A stretch of DNA of 62,484 nucleotides, the filler included, from Sphacelaria rigidula (lineage: Eukaryota): assembly GCA_964200075.2 (NCBI GenBank). It is 11 parts of 11 records of this genome, joined end to end, with 100 filler letters (N's around TTAATTAATTAA, not from the genome) between each part and the next. Parts side by side here need not be neighbours in the genome. Positions count along the whole stretch, not along the records: positions 34,140 to 39,728 come from CAXNAA020026059.1; positions 39,829 to 45,417 come from CAXNAA020026060.1; positions 45,518 to 51,106 come from CAXNAA020026061.1; 8 more parts are not named here. The stretch is one strand, 5' to 3'. Below are positions 38,001-50,256 of this stretch, piece after piece (position 1 is the first letter of the stretch; each line of letters starts with the position of its first letter). The notes below the pieces were generated by a model. That model had not been told where the DNA came from. It was given only the letters and a program-made list of their open reading frames with translations, and did not search any database. The translations under genes were made by a program, and so were the position numbers.

Positions 38001-39191
38001 GCTGCCCGACAAGAGGGTGGTCAAGGCGGCTAAGGCCCTTGATGGCTTGAAGCAGCCCGCCGTGCAATCGTTCAAGGAATTGAGGAGCACGATGCTCACC
38101 GAAGACTGGCACAGCAGTCGCTGCGACGAATGCCTCTACTACCGCCAGGCCAAAGATGGGCGCGTCGCTGTCCTGGTCACCTACGTGAACGACGTCCTGT
38201 TCTTGGGTGGCTACAGCGAAGAGGTTCAGCGTATGCAGACAAGCCTATTGGCGAGATACAAGGCTCAGGACCTGGGCATGCCCGACAAGCTTGTCGGCAT
38301 CGGTGTCACTGTGGCTCATGACAGCAGCACTCTCGACCAACGCGCCTATGCCGAAAGCATCGTCGTTGAAGGAATAGGCTCGACACAAGTCCGGAAAACC
38401 TACATGCCCGTCGACCCGAGTATCGACCTGTCACAGCGGAAAGTAGGTGAAAAAGAGTTGGACTCCTCACAGTTCCCGTACGCAAGAATTCTGGGGAAAT
38501 CAATGTTCCTCGCAGGAATGACGCAACCTGATCTCTCCACCAGTGGTTGAGTGCTAGGTCGCCGGGCGGCCTTTCCCTGCCTACGACACTATCAAGGACT
38601 AGGACACGTTTCCCGCTACCTAGCTGGTACGCTTGACATCTGCTCACGGTATGGTATGGGCACCGTGAAGACCGAGAAGGCACTGGTGGGCTATGCGGAC
38701 TCAGACTGGGCGAACGATGTCGAAACACGCCGGAGCGTAACGGGCTACCTCCTGCTAATGAACAAGTCTACGATCGTGTGGCCATCCGAACTACAGGCCT
38801 CCGCAACTTTTTCTCCTTCAGAAGCGGAGTGGACGGCCATGGTACCGGGTATGCGTCATTGCATGTTCATTCGGGGCGTTCTGGAAGAGATGGGAATTCC
38901 ACAGGACACCACCCTGTGCTTTTGCGACAATCTTGGCGCCATCCAGGCGGCTATAGTCACCGGGTCCAACAGGCGCACGAGACACGTGGATGTGAAGCTG
39001 AAATGCTCACGGCAATACGTCGAGAAGAAGCTGTTCATCGTGCGGTACGTTCCGACGAGCGAGCAGCGCGCGGACATCCTAACGAAGCGCATCAAGAGGT
39101 AATCTGTTTTCGGTTCTGTCAATTCTCTTCTAGCACGTTGGGTGTGATCGTATGAGCTCTCTGATGTTACCGGTGTACGGTCATGGGGGAG

Positions 39192-39385
39192 TGTGCAGAT
39201 GATGTATCGGACATAGATCTCATACGTAGATTCTCGGGCATGTAGTCAACCAGCCTAGTAGGAGCCAGTACGGTTCAGAACAAAGTACCGACAGGCACGG
39301 TCCGAGAACCAGTACCGTAGCCAGTGTTCAGTCGAGCCAGAACGGCTCCGCGGCTCTATATTGTAAGTTCTAAAGTTGTGGCTTA
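39192..39385 (+). repeat. 3' LTR, truncated
   Basis: Follows the PPT; similarity to the 5' LTR stops abruptly at ~39385. Confidence 0.85.
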
Positions 39386-39489
39386 GACCCACTGTCATGG
39401 CAGGCACGAATATTGCTTATTTCGAGCACCGGGGGGAAAAAAATCGGGGAACGCATTTTGTGGACGCCGATTTGGACCAAATCGGGGGC

Positions 39490-39589
39490 GAAAAAATCGA
39501 GCAGTCACGATCTCGGAATTGTTTTCCCCGATTTTTCGGAAAAATCGGGAAAAATTGTTCCGAGATCGTGACTCCCTCCGATTTTTTTG
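39490..39589. repeat. ~100-bp imperfect palindrome
   Basis: AGTCACGATCTCGGAA...CCCGATTTTTC / GGAAAAATCGGG...TTCCGAGATCGTGACT. Confidence 0.8.
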
Positions 39590-40578
39590 AGGTGACGTAC
39601 GTGCATTGACGTACAATGCTAGAGTGCGGGGCGTTTGATATTTTTGCAACGGCAGCAGAAGACAGTCTTGTGACAGCACAGGGCGTGCCTACTGCCCGCC
39701 CCAGCTGCTGAAGCAACTTCGCACGGGGNNNNNNNNNNNNNNNNNNNNNNNNNNNNNNNNNNNNNNNNNNNNTTAATTAATTAANNNNNNNNNNNNNNNN
39801 NNNNNNNNNNNNNNNNNNNNNNNNNNNNCACGTACTGTCTGCACTGCACGTCGCCCAAATCATTTTCGGCAGCCGTCGGGTGCAGCATGGCATGTGGATC
39901 CTACTGTTCAATCGGCAGTACAAGCAGTACAGTACTGCCTGCTATTGTCTGTATCGCACGTTGTCCACATATCTCACGCTGTACGCATCATTTTTACTAC
40001 AGCCGTGCGTACTACTGTCGTGTGCAAGCTGACACCTACAACTCACTGCATGAGACAGCACAGACAACAGTATCCTGTAATCTCTGCGCTGCGTACTGTC
40101 TGTGCTGCAGGTTTTCGAGAGAACGATCAATGCCAATAGATCATCAGCCCCTTACGATATCTCGAGTGCGCCGGGATGGCGAAGCAAAGTTTGCTCTAGT
40201 GTGTAAACGGCGCTGGGGATGTTCGACCATGCTATCAGGAGAGCCCCGCAGATGTCAAAGGGCACAAACATATTCAGGGCTGGCGGGCGTTGCTAATCTC
40301 GCCGCGCCACAAACCTCAAATGAAAAAACGAGGGGAAAATACAAGGCGATCTCGTCTCGTATTTTTTCAAAAATAACACGCCAGGAGCGCCCATCTCGTA
40401 AAATGTCCCCCGCCTCGTATATTTTTTCCGAGAATCTTGTGAAATAACCAACCGTAAGTAGCACCCTTGTTGTTTTCACTCGTTATTTGCAAATAGCGAA
40501 AGGAAATAACCAACCGGAAAAAACGGCCGAACACCTGAGATATCACTTCACCGATATGGCACACAGATTTTGTATTAC

Positions 40579-40736
40579 CTGAGATAGCCGAAGGGTTCTG
40601 GGGCGGCTGACTGGCCGCTGCCTTTGACAAATAACGGCCACGTGACAGATCTCGGGATCTCCAAGCGTCCATCCAAGCCTTTGCCGCACCAGTCCAGCTC
40701 GTAGTGGTCGGCCGTCACTCCCAAGTGCTCCAACAT
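40579..40736 (-). CDS. Putative internal exon, unknown protein
   Basis: AAG|MLEHLGVTADHYELDWCGKGLDGRLEIPRSVTWPLFVKGSGQSAAPEPFGYL(R)|GTAATA. Phase 0 start fits the exon at 43058-43205 on the same contig. Confidence 0.55.
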
Positions 40737-40737
40737 C

Positions 40738-40785
40738 TTCGGGTTCGGGTTAGGGTTAGGGTTAGGGTTAGGGTTAGGGTTAGGG
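40738..40785 (+). repeat. Interstitial telomere-type repeat (TTCGGG)2(TTAGGG)6
   Basis: Read directly from the sequence. Confidence 0.95.
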
Positions 40786-41944
40786 AACAAAAACGGGGAA
40801 AGAAGAATAGAAATATATATATATATAGGGCAGGAGAGTGTGAACTGCTGTAGCTAGTTCACCTCGTATTGTTTTTTCTAGAGTTGTGTATCGTAGCGAT
40901 TTGACAAGCGATAAAGATACAGATACGCTCAATTCTCGTCAGGCGGTAGTGAGACGGATAAATGGATAGAAATAATCACCACTCGACACAGTACATCGTT
41001 CGTGTTCGCAGACGGTATCTCATCCGATTTTGACGATACATTTTACACATCAAAATGTTGCAATGGAGGACGACTCTCGATTTTCGGGACATGGGACATT
41101 GGGTCCATCCAGGCATACTGTACGTCGACACAAAATCCGTACAGTGACACAGATTGGAACAGAAACATTGCTTCTTCAGCACCCCCAATGTCGACAAGCA
41201 CTTGCAACCCGTACATAACACACGATCAACACCGATATAAACACTCAAGCTGTAGTAAGCTCTACTCACACACAACCATGTACCTGAGGCCACATGGCAC
41301 TTCACTCACACCCGCAATTTCTCGCCGTCTACCTGCGATATATCGATGAAGGTATGTGATATCACCAGACATACATACCGCGATATGTGCCGTCGCGATA
41401 CATCACCTTCGCCCTTTGAATCTTCCCCCTTTAGTCGGTGCCTCTGCGGTACCCACTGATGTGTGTCTGTATCTGTTCTGCTGCCCTGAATCCCTTAGGC
41501 CTTTGCTTCTTCTTTTTCCATCGTTTCCTTGTATTTTCATTCATTTGCTTTGTACTTTCCTCTTCTTTTCCTCTTTTTCTTGTTTTAGGTCGGCCATTTC
41601 TTTCTGTGCTCTGCTTGTGTCGATTATTTATTGCTTCTTTTTTTTTTTGTCACGACTTACTCTGCTATGCCGTTCTGTTCGACCCCTCTTTTTTTTTTTC
41701 TTTCTTAGAAGCGTGTTTCAGTTTCGTTTTTCATGAGACCACGGATGGACCCCTGGGGGGTCAGTTAAAGTGCGACAATCAATCATCAAATCAATCAAAA
41801 TGCTCGGGACTAATGCGGCAACTCAAGCGATCCATGAATCCATCTCTTTCCCCAGGTACGGTACACGCCTTGCATTTTGGTATCGATCGCGGATTGGATC
41901 ATGACCAGCACTCCCTGCCGCACCCCGTCCACCGTCGCTAAACG

Positions 41945-42085
41945 AACTCAGCTAACTACTTCTTGTTTACTCACGTTCTCATGCTTGCGACGGTAGGAAT
42001 CAGATACGTTGAAGAAAAAAACCAAGGCATCGCGAATCGAACCCACATTATCTCTCCACCCTGATGCTGACGGTCGAACCACCAC
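41945..42085 (-). mobile_element. tRNA-derived SINE, second copy
   Basis: Collinear with 34156-34295; B-box GGTTCGATTC at 42043-42034. Confidence 0.65.
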
Positions 42086-43057
42086 CAATAGAACGATAGA
42101 TACGGTATATCGTATCGACAGATATATCAGAAATGTATGGTCGCGATACGCAATCAAAGTCTTTTCTCATGCTATCCTGAACCTCGAAAATTCTCATCGC
42201 GGCGACGTTCAGTCGACACACCATAGTACCACTCACAGCACACATGTAACACAAACGACAGGGTTTCTCCAAACAGCATGACCACAGCAACGTTCAAAAA
42301 ACAAACTAGCACGCATAACTAAAGCATATACCATAGGGTAACGTATGCGCAGTAGCACCGGTCCCTCTCAAAATAACACAAATAACTGAGGGCAATTCTC
42401 AACAACCACTTTACACACGGGGTGAGGCAGGTTGTCAAAGAACACCTGCAAGTACAGTTACCTTGCTGCTCCGCTGCTAGGGTCTCCGACGGTAAGCGAA
42501 TAAATGCTCATCATTTTCATAATAAGTCAGATGAACTATGGGGGTGTAGATCATATCTCCCCCAGAGAGGTGGTGACGATGCCATGGTTGGGTTCGAAAA
42601 AAAACGATGAGGAGGCCTTTGAAACGATTTGGGACTATCTAGCGTTAAGCCCCCGTGACGACGACAACGGCCAACTGATCTTTTGTTCGTTTTCTTGGAT
42701 ATATTTTTCGCCCCGTTTAATACTACAGGGACGAAACACGGTCGTTTCGGGCCGACTCGAAAAACTTCGGTTGTTCGGCCACATGGTGAAAATGGACTTG
42801 GGTCAAAGGTTAAAAAATTGGGGATCAACTCGGAAAAAAGCGGACAAGAACGATGAAACAATGTCAAAAAGAGATATGGTGTACCCCTAGACCGCACGGG
42901 TAGTCCATCTGGATCATGCATACTTTTACTAGGATAAATGTATGCCGATTCAACACGTGAACTACTCTCGCCACCAAAGGGTCAAGAGCCTGTACAACAA
43001 ACATAGTAAATATTGTTTCTGATAAATACCGCTGTGGAAAATGACCGCCACACAAAC

Positions 43058-43205
43058 CTCCGCGGTCGATGCTGCCGGATCCGTGCTGCCTGCCTCAGTC
43101 CTGCGGAAGATGATTTCAGGTTGAGCCTCGAGCCTTGGAGGGAGGTCATCCAGGTTGCGATCTACCCAGAAAGGTTCCGGTATTGGCCACAAGCCATTGC
43201 TGCTC
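43058..43205 (-). CDS. Putative internal exon, unknown protein
   Basis: Strong acceptor TTTTGTTTTGCTTTCAG, open frame SSNGLWPIPEPFWVDRNLDDLPPRLEAQPEIIFRRTEAGSTDPAASTAE, donor GAG|GTTTGT. Confidence 0.55.
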
Positions 43206-43514
43206 CTGAAAGCAAAACAAAAACAAATGAGTAGAAAAACAGCTTGGACTTTTTCGTAGGCAACCGAGCGCCCACAACAAGCATGTGCGTCTTTCCGGTA
43301 ATGGGGGGAGGCTGTGAGTGCTTCGGACGAATTGATCCCGGCTTATGTCTACACTCCAGTGTTGGACCTGCTGCCGAGCAAGACGAGTAAACGATCGATT
43401 GATTGCTTGAGTCTAACCGTGTGTACAACATATAACTACCCCAAGGTAAGAGATAGGCACCGATGCAATGCTTCATATACACGCTGGGGTCCGGAACACC
43501 CCAACACATTTTTC

Positions 43515-44030
43515 GGGGGGCGCGAGGGGGCGGGGGGGGACGGAGGATTCATGATCTTGCATGCCTTAGTCATATGACCATTGACCTCGCATCCCGACAA
43601 AGCCAGGACCGACCACGCCGGGTAGTCGCCGGACCAGGCTCGCAATCAATCGCCAAGCGCGAAGCGCCGTGATGTGTTCGGCGAGTCGTATGAAGGATAT
43701 GCTGCGTCCTGCTAAGACTGTTGAGCCCGAAGCGTATTGAATACCTTGCATATGGATGACAGCCTTCAATGAGTTGCTTCATTTTCTGGTGGCGCCACTT
43801 CCCGAGAGAGCCGCGGCTGACACACCACTGCCTCATGCGTGTCTCACCATTTGATTACTGCGTAGTATGATCGTCTCCTTTGCGTGGAACTGAAGTTCTC
43901 CCACCCCGCACAAAATGATCTAGCTCGACCACCATCATGACTAACGCAAAAAAAAACCGGTAACCTCGATGCCTAGTTCACGCAGTGAGTGGCGTGTTTC
44001 ACAGCGACGATGTCAACCGACGCCAACCCC
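43515..44030 (-). mobile_element. Second apparently full-length S-C element
   Basis: Reverse complement starts GGGGTTGGCGTCGGTTGAC at 44030 and ends ...GATCATGAATCC + C-rich tail; collinear with 16301-16816. Confidence 0.8.
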
Positions 44031-44054
44031 GTGGGTGACGCAACCACGGAGGAT

Positions 44055-44620
44055 GGGGGAGGGGGGGGGCGTACTCATTTGTTGCTTGCCTTAGTCGTTT
44101 GACCATTGACCACGATGGGGGGGGGTGCTCATGATAATGCATGACATGCCATAGTCGTAGGACCATTGACCCCGCGGGGGGCGGGGGTACTCGTTTGTCG
44201 CTTGCTTAAGTCGTTTAACCATTGATCACGCATCTCTTTCGAGACGGAGCACCGTTCCTACTCCTGACAGAGATACCTCCAACATTTCGGTGCTCGTAAC
44301 GTTTCTTCCATGCATTACACGAAAATCTCTCACATATCTCATGTCCTTCCAGTTTTCCGCCTGCGGCCACCATCTCTCTCCTAGTATTACCATCGTTTTC
44401 TTGCGATCATCCAATGCATCAAACGATTTCATACCACCTTCGACTACTCGCAGGGAGGAACGGAGGGGGTGCTTATGATCTTGATTGTCGTCGTCATGAG
44501 ACCTTTGACCTCGCATCCCTACAAAGCCAGGACGGAGCACGCCGAGTTTTCGCCGGACCAGGCTCGCAATCAATCACCAAGCGCGAAGCGCCACGATGTA
44601 TTCGGTGAGCCGCATGAAGG
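44055..44620 (-). mobile_element. Cluster of alternating L-C and S-C 3' fragments
   Basis: L-C tail 44055-44114, S-C tail 44117-44175, L-C 44176-44440, S-C 44465-44620. All on the same strand, each with its own G-run on +. Confidence 0.78.
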
Positions 44621-45311
44621 GTGAGCTTCACCCTACAAAAATTGGTCGCCTCGGAGCGTACAGCGGAAAGTGGACCTGGGCCACCACAACATGGTGCTCC
44701 ACACCCCCAAATCCCATCACAGCACATTCCCGCTTCTCAAATGTACATCACGACGGTTTATCCTCCCCATCAATTAAATCACTGCGTACCCTAAAGATGA
44801 TATCGTCTCGAAACACGACTTGTTCATTACCTGTACACGACGATAGTCACTGCGCTCCGGTCGCCGAATGCGTACATTAAACCATCATGCATTTGACACA
44901 CGTCGCATGGCATCACGGTGAGTACGGTACAGTACCAGTCTAGATCCCTGTCTCAACACATGTTCACACGCACGTCAAAACATCGTCCGGCGGCATGTCC
45001 CCGGGAATGTTTTTGTGGAAGAAGTATTTTCTCACCACATGCCATCATCCAATTTCGCCACTTGGGTATCTTCATCCTCCAGGAATAGTGCAGACCACAA
45101 GCCTGTCCCCACGTTGCTCACTTTGCCCCTCTCACCCGAGTCTACACGGACATATTAACACGGACACTAATACAGCCTCATTTTAGTAGCTCTAGTGACT
45201 CAACTCCGTGACCCACGAGACAAATCACCCCCAGTTCCCGGGGTGGTACCGCCACTATCCACTCTTCACTTATTTGAGGCTTCAAACCCTCCCCCTTCGT
45301 CGCGGCACGCA

Positions 45312-45385
45312 CGTCTCGAAAGGGACGCGTGGTCAATGGTCAAACGACTAAGGCAAGCAACAAACGAGTACGCCCCCCCCCCCCC
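45312..45385 (+). mobile_element. L-C LINE 3' end with C14 tail
   Basis: CGTCTCGAAAGGGACGCGTGGTCAATGGTCAAACGACTAAGGCAAGCAACAAACGAGTACG followed by a pure C-run. Confidence 0.8.
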
Positions 45386-47206
45386 TTGGGTGATTGAATT
45401 TCTGAGGGTGCGCGCTTNNNNNNNNNNNNNNNNNNNNNNNNNNNNNNNNNNNNNNNNNNNNTTAATTAATTAANNNNNNNNNNNNNNNNNNNNNNNNNNN
45501 NNNNNNNNNNNNNNNNNGAGAGCGACTATGTCGTGGGTACACAAAATTTGACTCAACGGTCGACGAGGGAAGGGGAATGCTGAACTCCTCTCGCGATAAA
45601 AATAAAAAGACAAGCACCGCAGAAGGAAGGTGGGGTATTAAAAATAAATAAAAAAATGAAAAAGCTCCGGTGTTGACTTCCCTCCTGTGTGACCCCGGCT
45701 GATACACCCACATGCACCGAAAGATGTAGACTGGTGCCCAGAATAAATGGGACGACAACACAACACAACACAGTATCTTATGCGACCTACAATAGTGAGT
45801 GATTATGTCAGTGTGCCAGTGTACTGCCCGGTCTTGTACACTGCGGCCATACCAAAACAGCCGTATCGTATCGAATATCGATATCGCCGGTTGTGATTCG
45901 ATATTCTAAGAATATCTATCGAACTTTTTTCTCGGTCCGATATGCAACCCTGTTAAGCACACTTCGTAAAAAACGGTTACAAAATGACGCTCACTGCATG
46001 GAACTCCTCTTTTTTTCATTCGCAACGGTGAGTCTACATCTCCAGCTTTCGTTTGCGCTCTTCAGCGTGCCGATCGACCTCGTCACTCACGAGCTACGGC
46101 AGTCACAATCACTGGGTCTGGCCGTGCAGGCTGATGTTGGTTTGGTGTCGATCGTGCTGCTAAGGACGAAGCAAAAAGTGACATGGCATGTAGACTTGAG
46201 CGTGGCCCAGGCGGCCCGAAGCACTGACAGGAGCAAGCATATGACACCTACGGCGGCTGAGAAGGCTGTTTTAGCGCTGTACAGCACTCGCTACCTGAAG
46301 AGCGGATGTGAAAGGGTACAGCAGTCGGTCCTACAGCAGTTTTGACCCGACAAGAAATTTTTATATTGCTTCCAAGTGTGGCGCGGGCGACATCAGGAGT
46401 GTGTGCCCATGTTTGAACCCCCATAAAGTGAGCACACTGGCACCAAAACCCATGTTTTTTTTCGGGAGCCTTCACATTTCCACACAGCAGTCAATCAATG
46501 CATCAGACTGTTGATTTTGCGTCGCCTGCCGTGCACGGGGCATGCATGAAGTAAAAATGCACGAAAAATTGCCCCGAAATCGACGGTCCTGAACCCCGGG
46601 GATGTGTGTTTTTTGTCCCGGGATATGGGCATGAGTGTGTTTTTTTTTTTCCGATAGTGATGTCAAGTACACACATAATGCGCATGTCAAGTATTGGTTC
46701 TGAGACGTTCCAGAACGCAGGTAATCGCATTATACGCAAAAATGTGCTTAATAGGACAGCAGTCGTGCTTTCAGACTTTCCTGCGCGGAGGAACCATGAA
46801 CCGCAGAGCCGCTACCGCCTCTCCATATCACCTTTTTTTTTTTAATGTTGGAGAGTAGTCTAACCTATGATTGGATATCAAAATATCGGTTCAAGTCGAA
46901 ACACTGCCGACAAACCAGCCATTGGCGTCAGGGGTGGCTTAAGGTGGGCCTAATACGGCACTTCCCCCTACAGTATGAGATTGTTGATTCGTAGCCCGCA
47001 GCGATGCAAAAATTCAAACTTCGACCTTATATGTCAGATCAAAACGTGGCACTGATTCGCACGGGAAACAACACCGGTGCAGCTCAGTGCGAGCGCAATT
47101 TTCATTCTAGCGGTTCGGCAGTCCTTTCGATTCTGCACTGCACTGTATCGTAATCCACGGCGTCCTGGTTTGACTGCGTCCGTAAACAACTCATATAAGT
47201 GTGTAC

Positions 47207-47322
47207 CTTGAGCGGCCAACCCTCGTCTGCTGGTGCAGCACCTGCATCACCGGTTGGCGATGAGCGAGCATCGGCGGTTGAAAGTCGACGACAATGACGG
47301 CGATGATCTCTCCTGGCACTGC
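47207..47322 (-). CDS. Putative internal exon, unknown protein
   Basis: TTTCAG|AVPGEIIAVIVVDFQPPMLAHRQPVMQVLHQQTRVGRS(R)|GTACAC. Confidence 0.4.
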
Positions 47323-48457
47323 CTGAAATGGTGCGACCGCAATAAATTGCTCCACGACACCTATGAAACATGGCTCAAGCCAACGCTGATGGCTTTCACA
47401 ACACCTCTTCCGTCTGTGCTCCTTGACAGTCCATGGTGTTCACATTGGGATCGCATAAGATTCTCATACCCGCGACGGTACAGCGATTGAGTATTTTTCG
47501 AATCTGTGGAATACATTGAGAGCACACTTGGGCACATATACGGAAACAACTTGCGCTTGATGTGCAGTGTGGGGGAGCGCGGTACAATCACTGTCCAGGG
47601 GCAAGAGAGAGGTAGGCAGTTATTGGTGTTGACCACATTCGTCTAGAAATGGTCTTCTCACACCCGTAGTTCATTGATCGAGGGCGAGCGACGCTGCATT
47701 CGGAACTGTCTACACGTGTATACTTGCAGCTGTACCGTACCCTATACCATAGGGATCTGCCAATTTTGCGGAGGACAGCCAGTGCAGCAGCGGCTGTGAC
47801 GTAGACTGCAATGGAGGTCGTCACCGGTGCGATTAAGTTCTTCTTATTTTCCATGATTTTCCTCTCAGGGTTCTGCAAGCTCACACCGAAGGTAAGTGCT
47901 ACACCTCGACGACACACACTGTACTGCCCCTGTCTGTTGTACTGTCTGTACGTCGAACGCATGAGTAGATCTTTCGGTGGTACGAAGGCAGACAACGCTA
48001 TGGTGCTCTATTTATGTGGAGTGTTAATATTAGCGGCAGCGAGCGAGCTGTGCGGCATGTTTGGGCTTGGTGGTTGGAGTACTCCTGGTGTACAGATTGT
48101 AGCAATACAAGACGTTGTAGCAGGTGGTACTTGGCAGATGTAGCTCAGAATCCAAAACGACACCGGCAGCCGCTCGGCACCCGTACTATCTGTCGAGCTG
48201 TGTCCCGTGCCAAATCAGTCGTATACCCCAGGACCCGACTGAAGCTTCACGCCAACGCCTGTTTGCTCTCGTCCACTTCTGCTCGTTGTGGGCTACTGGG
48301 CCAGAACCGCACAACTGAGGATTTGGGGCTCAGCGTTTTTGTGCTGTATATTCGTTGCTGTGTCGTGATCGAGACGGTACAACCGCAGCGGGTTTTTCGG
48401 GGTACGCCTCCCTAATCACGCCACTGACAGACAGCACTGGTGTCTGCTTGAGAGGCT

Positions 48458-48788
48458 AGTTCACCGGCGTTGGGCTACAAATGTCCATGGTTGACATAAT
48501 TTTACAAGTATCTCTACCCCTCACCCTAACCCCAACATAACGCATACTGAGAACCCTCGGCAAGGTCGGTACATACAATCCCTAGGCACAGTGAGGCCTT
48601 GGTAGACCCCAAATCGTTCACGAAAACGCGTTCTCGCACGCGAGGAGCACACGGGACTGTCAGCCCTACTAAAATTCCGGTTCTCCTTGTACAGACTCAA
48701 ATCGAGTAATATCAACCATGGACACGTTGTACAGACTCAAATCGAGTAATATCCGCCATGGACATTAGTAGCCCAACGGCGGTAAACT
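48458..48788. mobile_element. MITE-like element (~330 bp)
   Basis: ~33-bp inverted termini AGTTCACCGGCGTTGGGCTACAAATGTCCATGG vs reverse complement AGTTTACCGCCGTTGGGCTACTAATGTCCATGG. Internal 40-bp tandem duplication at ~48689-48765. Confidence 0.7.
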
Positions 48789-49587
48789 CTACGCCCGTAA
48801 ACTCTACTGCTACTTGGCACATGATTGCGCACAGCTTGTGAGCTTGTGAGCCTTGGTGGAGGTGAAGTCAGATACCGGGTTTCCGGAAAGCAGCTAACCC
48901 TTTGATGTGCAGGGATCTGATGGACACACGATTGTCTTGGTTCGCCCCTCAAGTCCGATGGTTGAACAGCTGTGTTTTTGTCAAAACGTAATGCGGACGC
49001 TGACCTAAACAATGACTACCTGCTAACCTTAACCTTCAGCTACTCGGAAGCTTCGATAAAAAGCTTTCATTCGTCGTTCTCGATATAAATTTGGACCCCC
49101 CTCACGCTATTTTTCATGCGGTGTAAACCTCAATTGTAGGTGGAGAACGTTCGCCCGTAGAGTGTGCTCGGAAGACGGTATCTTGAAGGCAATGGAGTGA
49201 CACTACTCAGGAGGCGTACAGTAATCTTTTGTCATGACTAGGGAAATCAGGAGAAGGGTTTACCCATTCAGCCATCGTTTTGCTTTGTTCCATCGTCCAT
49301 CATACTTTGTGACCTCTTCCATCACCAGGGACGGGTTCGTGATGTGAAGTCATCAACCTTTCTTACCTTCTGTGGCCACGGCATGTTATATGTAGGTGTC
49401 GTCGCTCCACCGATGGCGACTAGATTTCCGAACGCTGACGTACCTGAAGCCCGTTCAATTGCCTTTCGAAAAGGAGTACGAGCAGTCAGGGGGTGTGGCA
49501 ACGAAAAAGGAGAAATGTATCGTTCCCCTAACATTCATCATGCAACATTGATCCTTTCGAGCATTTATGTGCCGTTTTTCAGCAGAT

Positions 49588-49890
49588 TTGTCCCAGTTCG
49601 GCGCTCAAAGAATCATGGTTGACATTACTTGATTTTAGTGTGAACATCGAGATTCGGATCTTCAGCGGGGCTGACAGTCCCAAGTGCTCCGAGCGTGTGC
49701 AGAGCACGTTTTTATCCAACTCTGCACCTCCGGTGCCAATTTGAGCCAAAGCGGATGTTGCGGGCGTTGCTAACACGTTGGCGAGTGCTTGAGACGTGAG
49801 CCCTACAATATCAAGATCCGAATGTGATGGTCTACACGAAAAATAGGTGAACATTCAACCATCGGATTTTGGAGCCGAACCGGGACAAGT
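49588..49890. repeat. Degenerate ~300-bp foldback
   Basis: TTGTCCCAGTTCGGC...ATGGTTGA at left is mirrored by TCAACCAT...GCCGAACCGGGACAA at right, with weaker inner symmetry. Confidence 0.55.
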
Positions 49891-50256
49891 TCTACCGAGG
49901 TGATCAACCGAATCGGCATCATTTTACTGGAAAGAGGTTTGCAAGAACCAGATGACCTACCCTTGAGGTCAAAGGGTTAATAATGATCATTTCCTTCACG
50001 GGGTCTTCAGCTCTTACCCTCCTTCAGTGGTATGGATTTGTTTTTACTTTCCCCCTGCTAGGACATGCCTCACGCTCACGACTTGAAAACTTTGGGCCAA
50101 CTTCCACCCTTTAGCAGCCAATGCGCAAACAAGCGTACGTCAGGAATGCACATCGTCTATCAACACGTACCGATATATCGAAACATCACAATGACAACCG
50201 TTTCATCCCTGTCGGCGAGGTTGCGGAACTCATTTGCTAACTGCTCAAGGGCTTAC

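Larger units (their letters stand above)
34652..39385 (+). mobile_element. Near-complete decayed Ty1/Copia element with two LTRs
   Basis: LTRs start TGTGCAGATG at 34652 and 39192; PPT GGGGGAG at 39185-39191. Protease CDSGAN (~36047); integrase VHSDLEGP and TPQSNGIVER; RT YKARLVAR and TYVNDVLF; RNase H GYADSDWA, CDNLGAI and RTRHVDVK. Several stops and frameshifts. Confidence 0.95.

Noticed and set aside
40738..40785. True chromosome end
   Set aside because: Only 8 units, with unique sequence on both sides.
43058..47322. Splicing exon 47207-47322 onto exon 43058-43205 (phases happen to fit)
   Set aside because: An artificial spacer (45418-45517) separates them; they are on unrelated contigs.
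49579..49854. Minus-strand ORF as the next exon of the EsV-1-7 gene
   Set aside because: Phase does not fit the donor at 50256, and the region is a degenerate foldback repeat.
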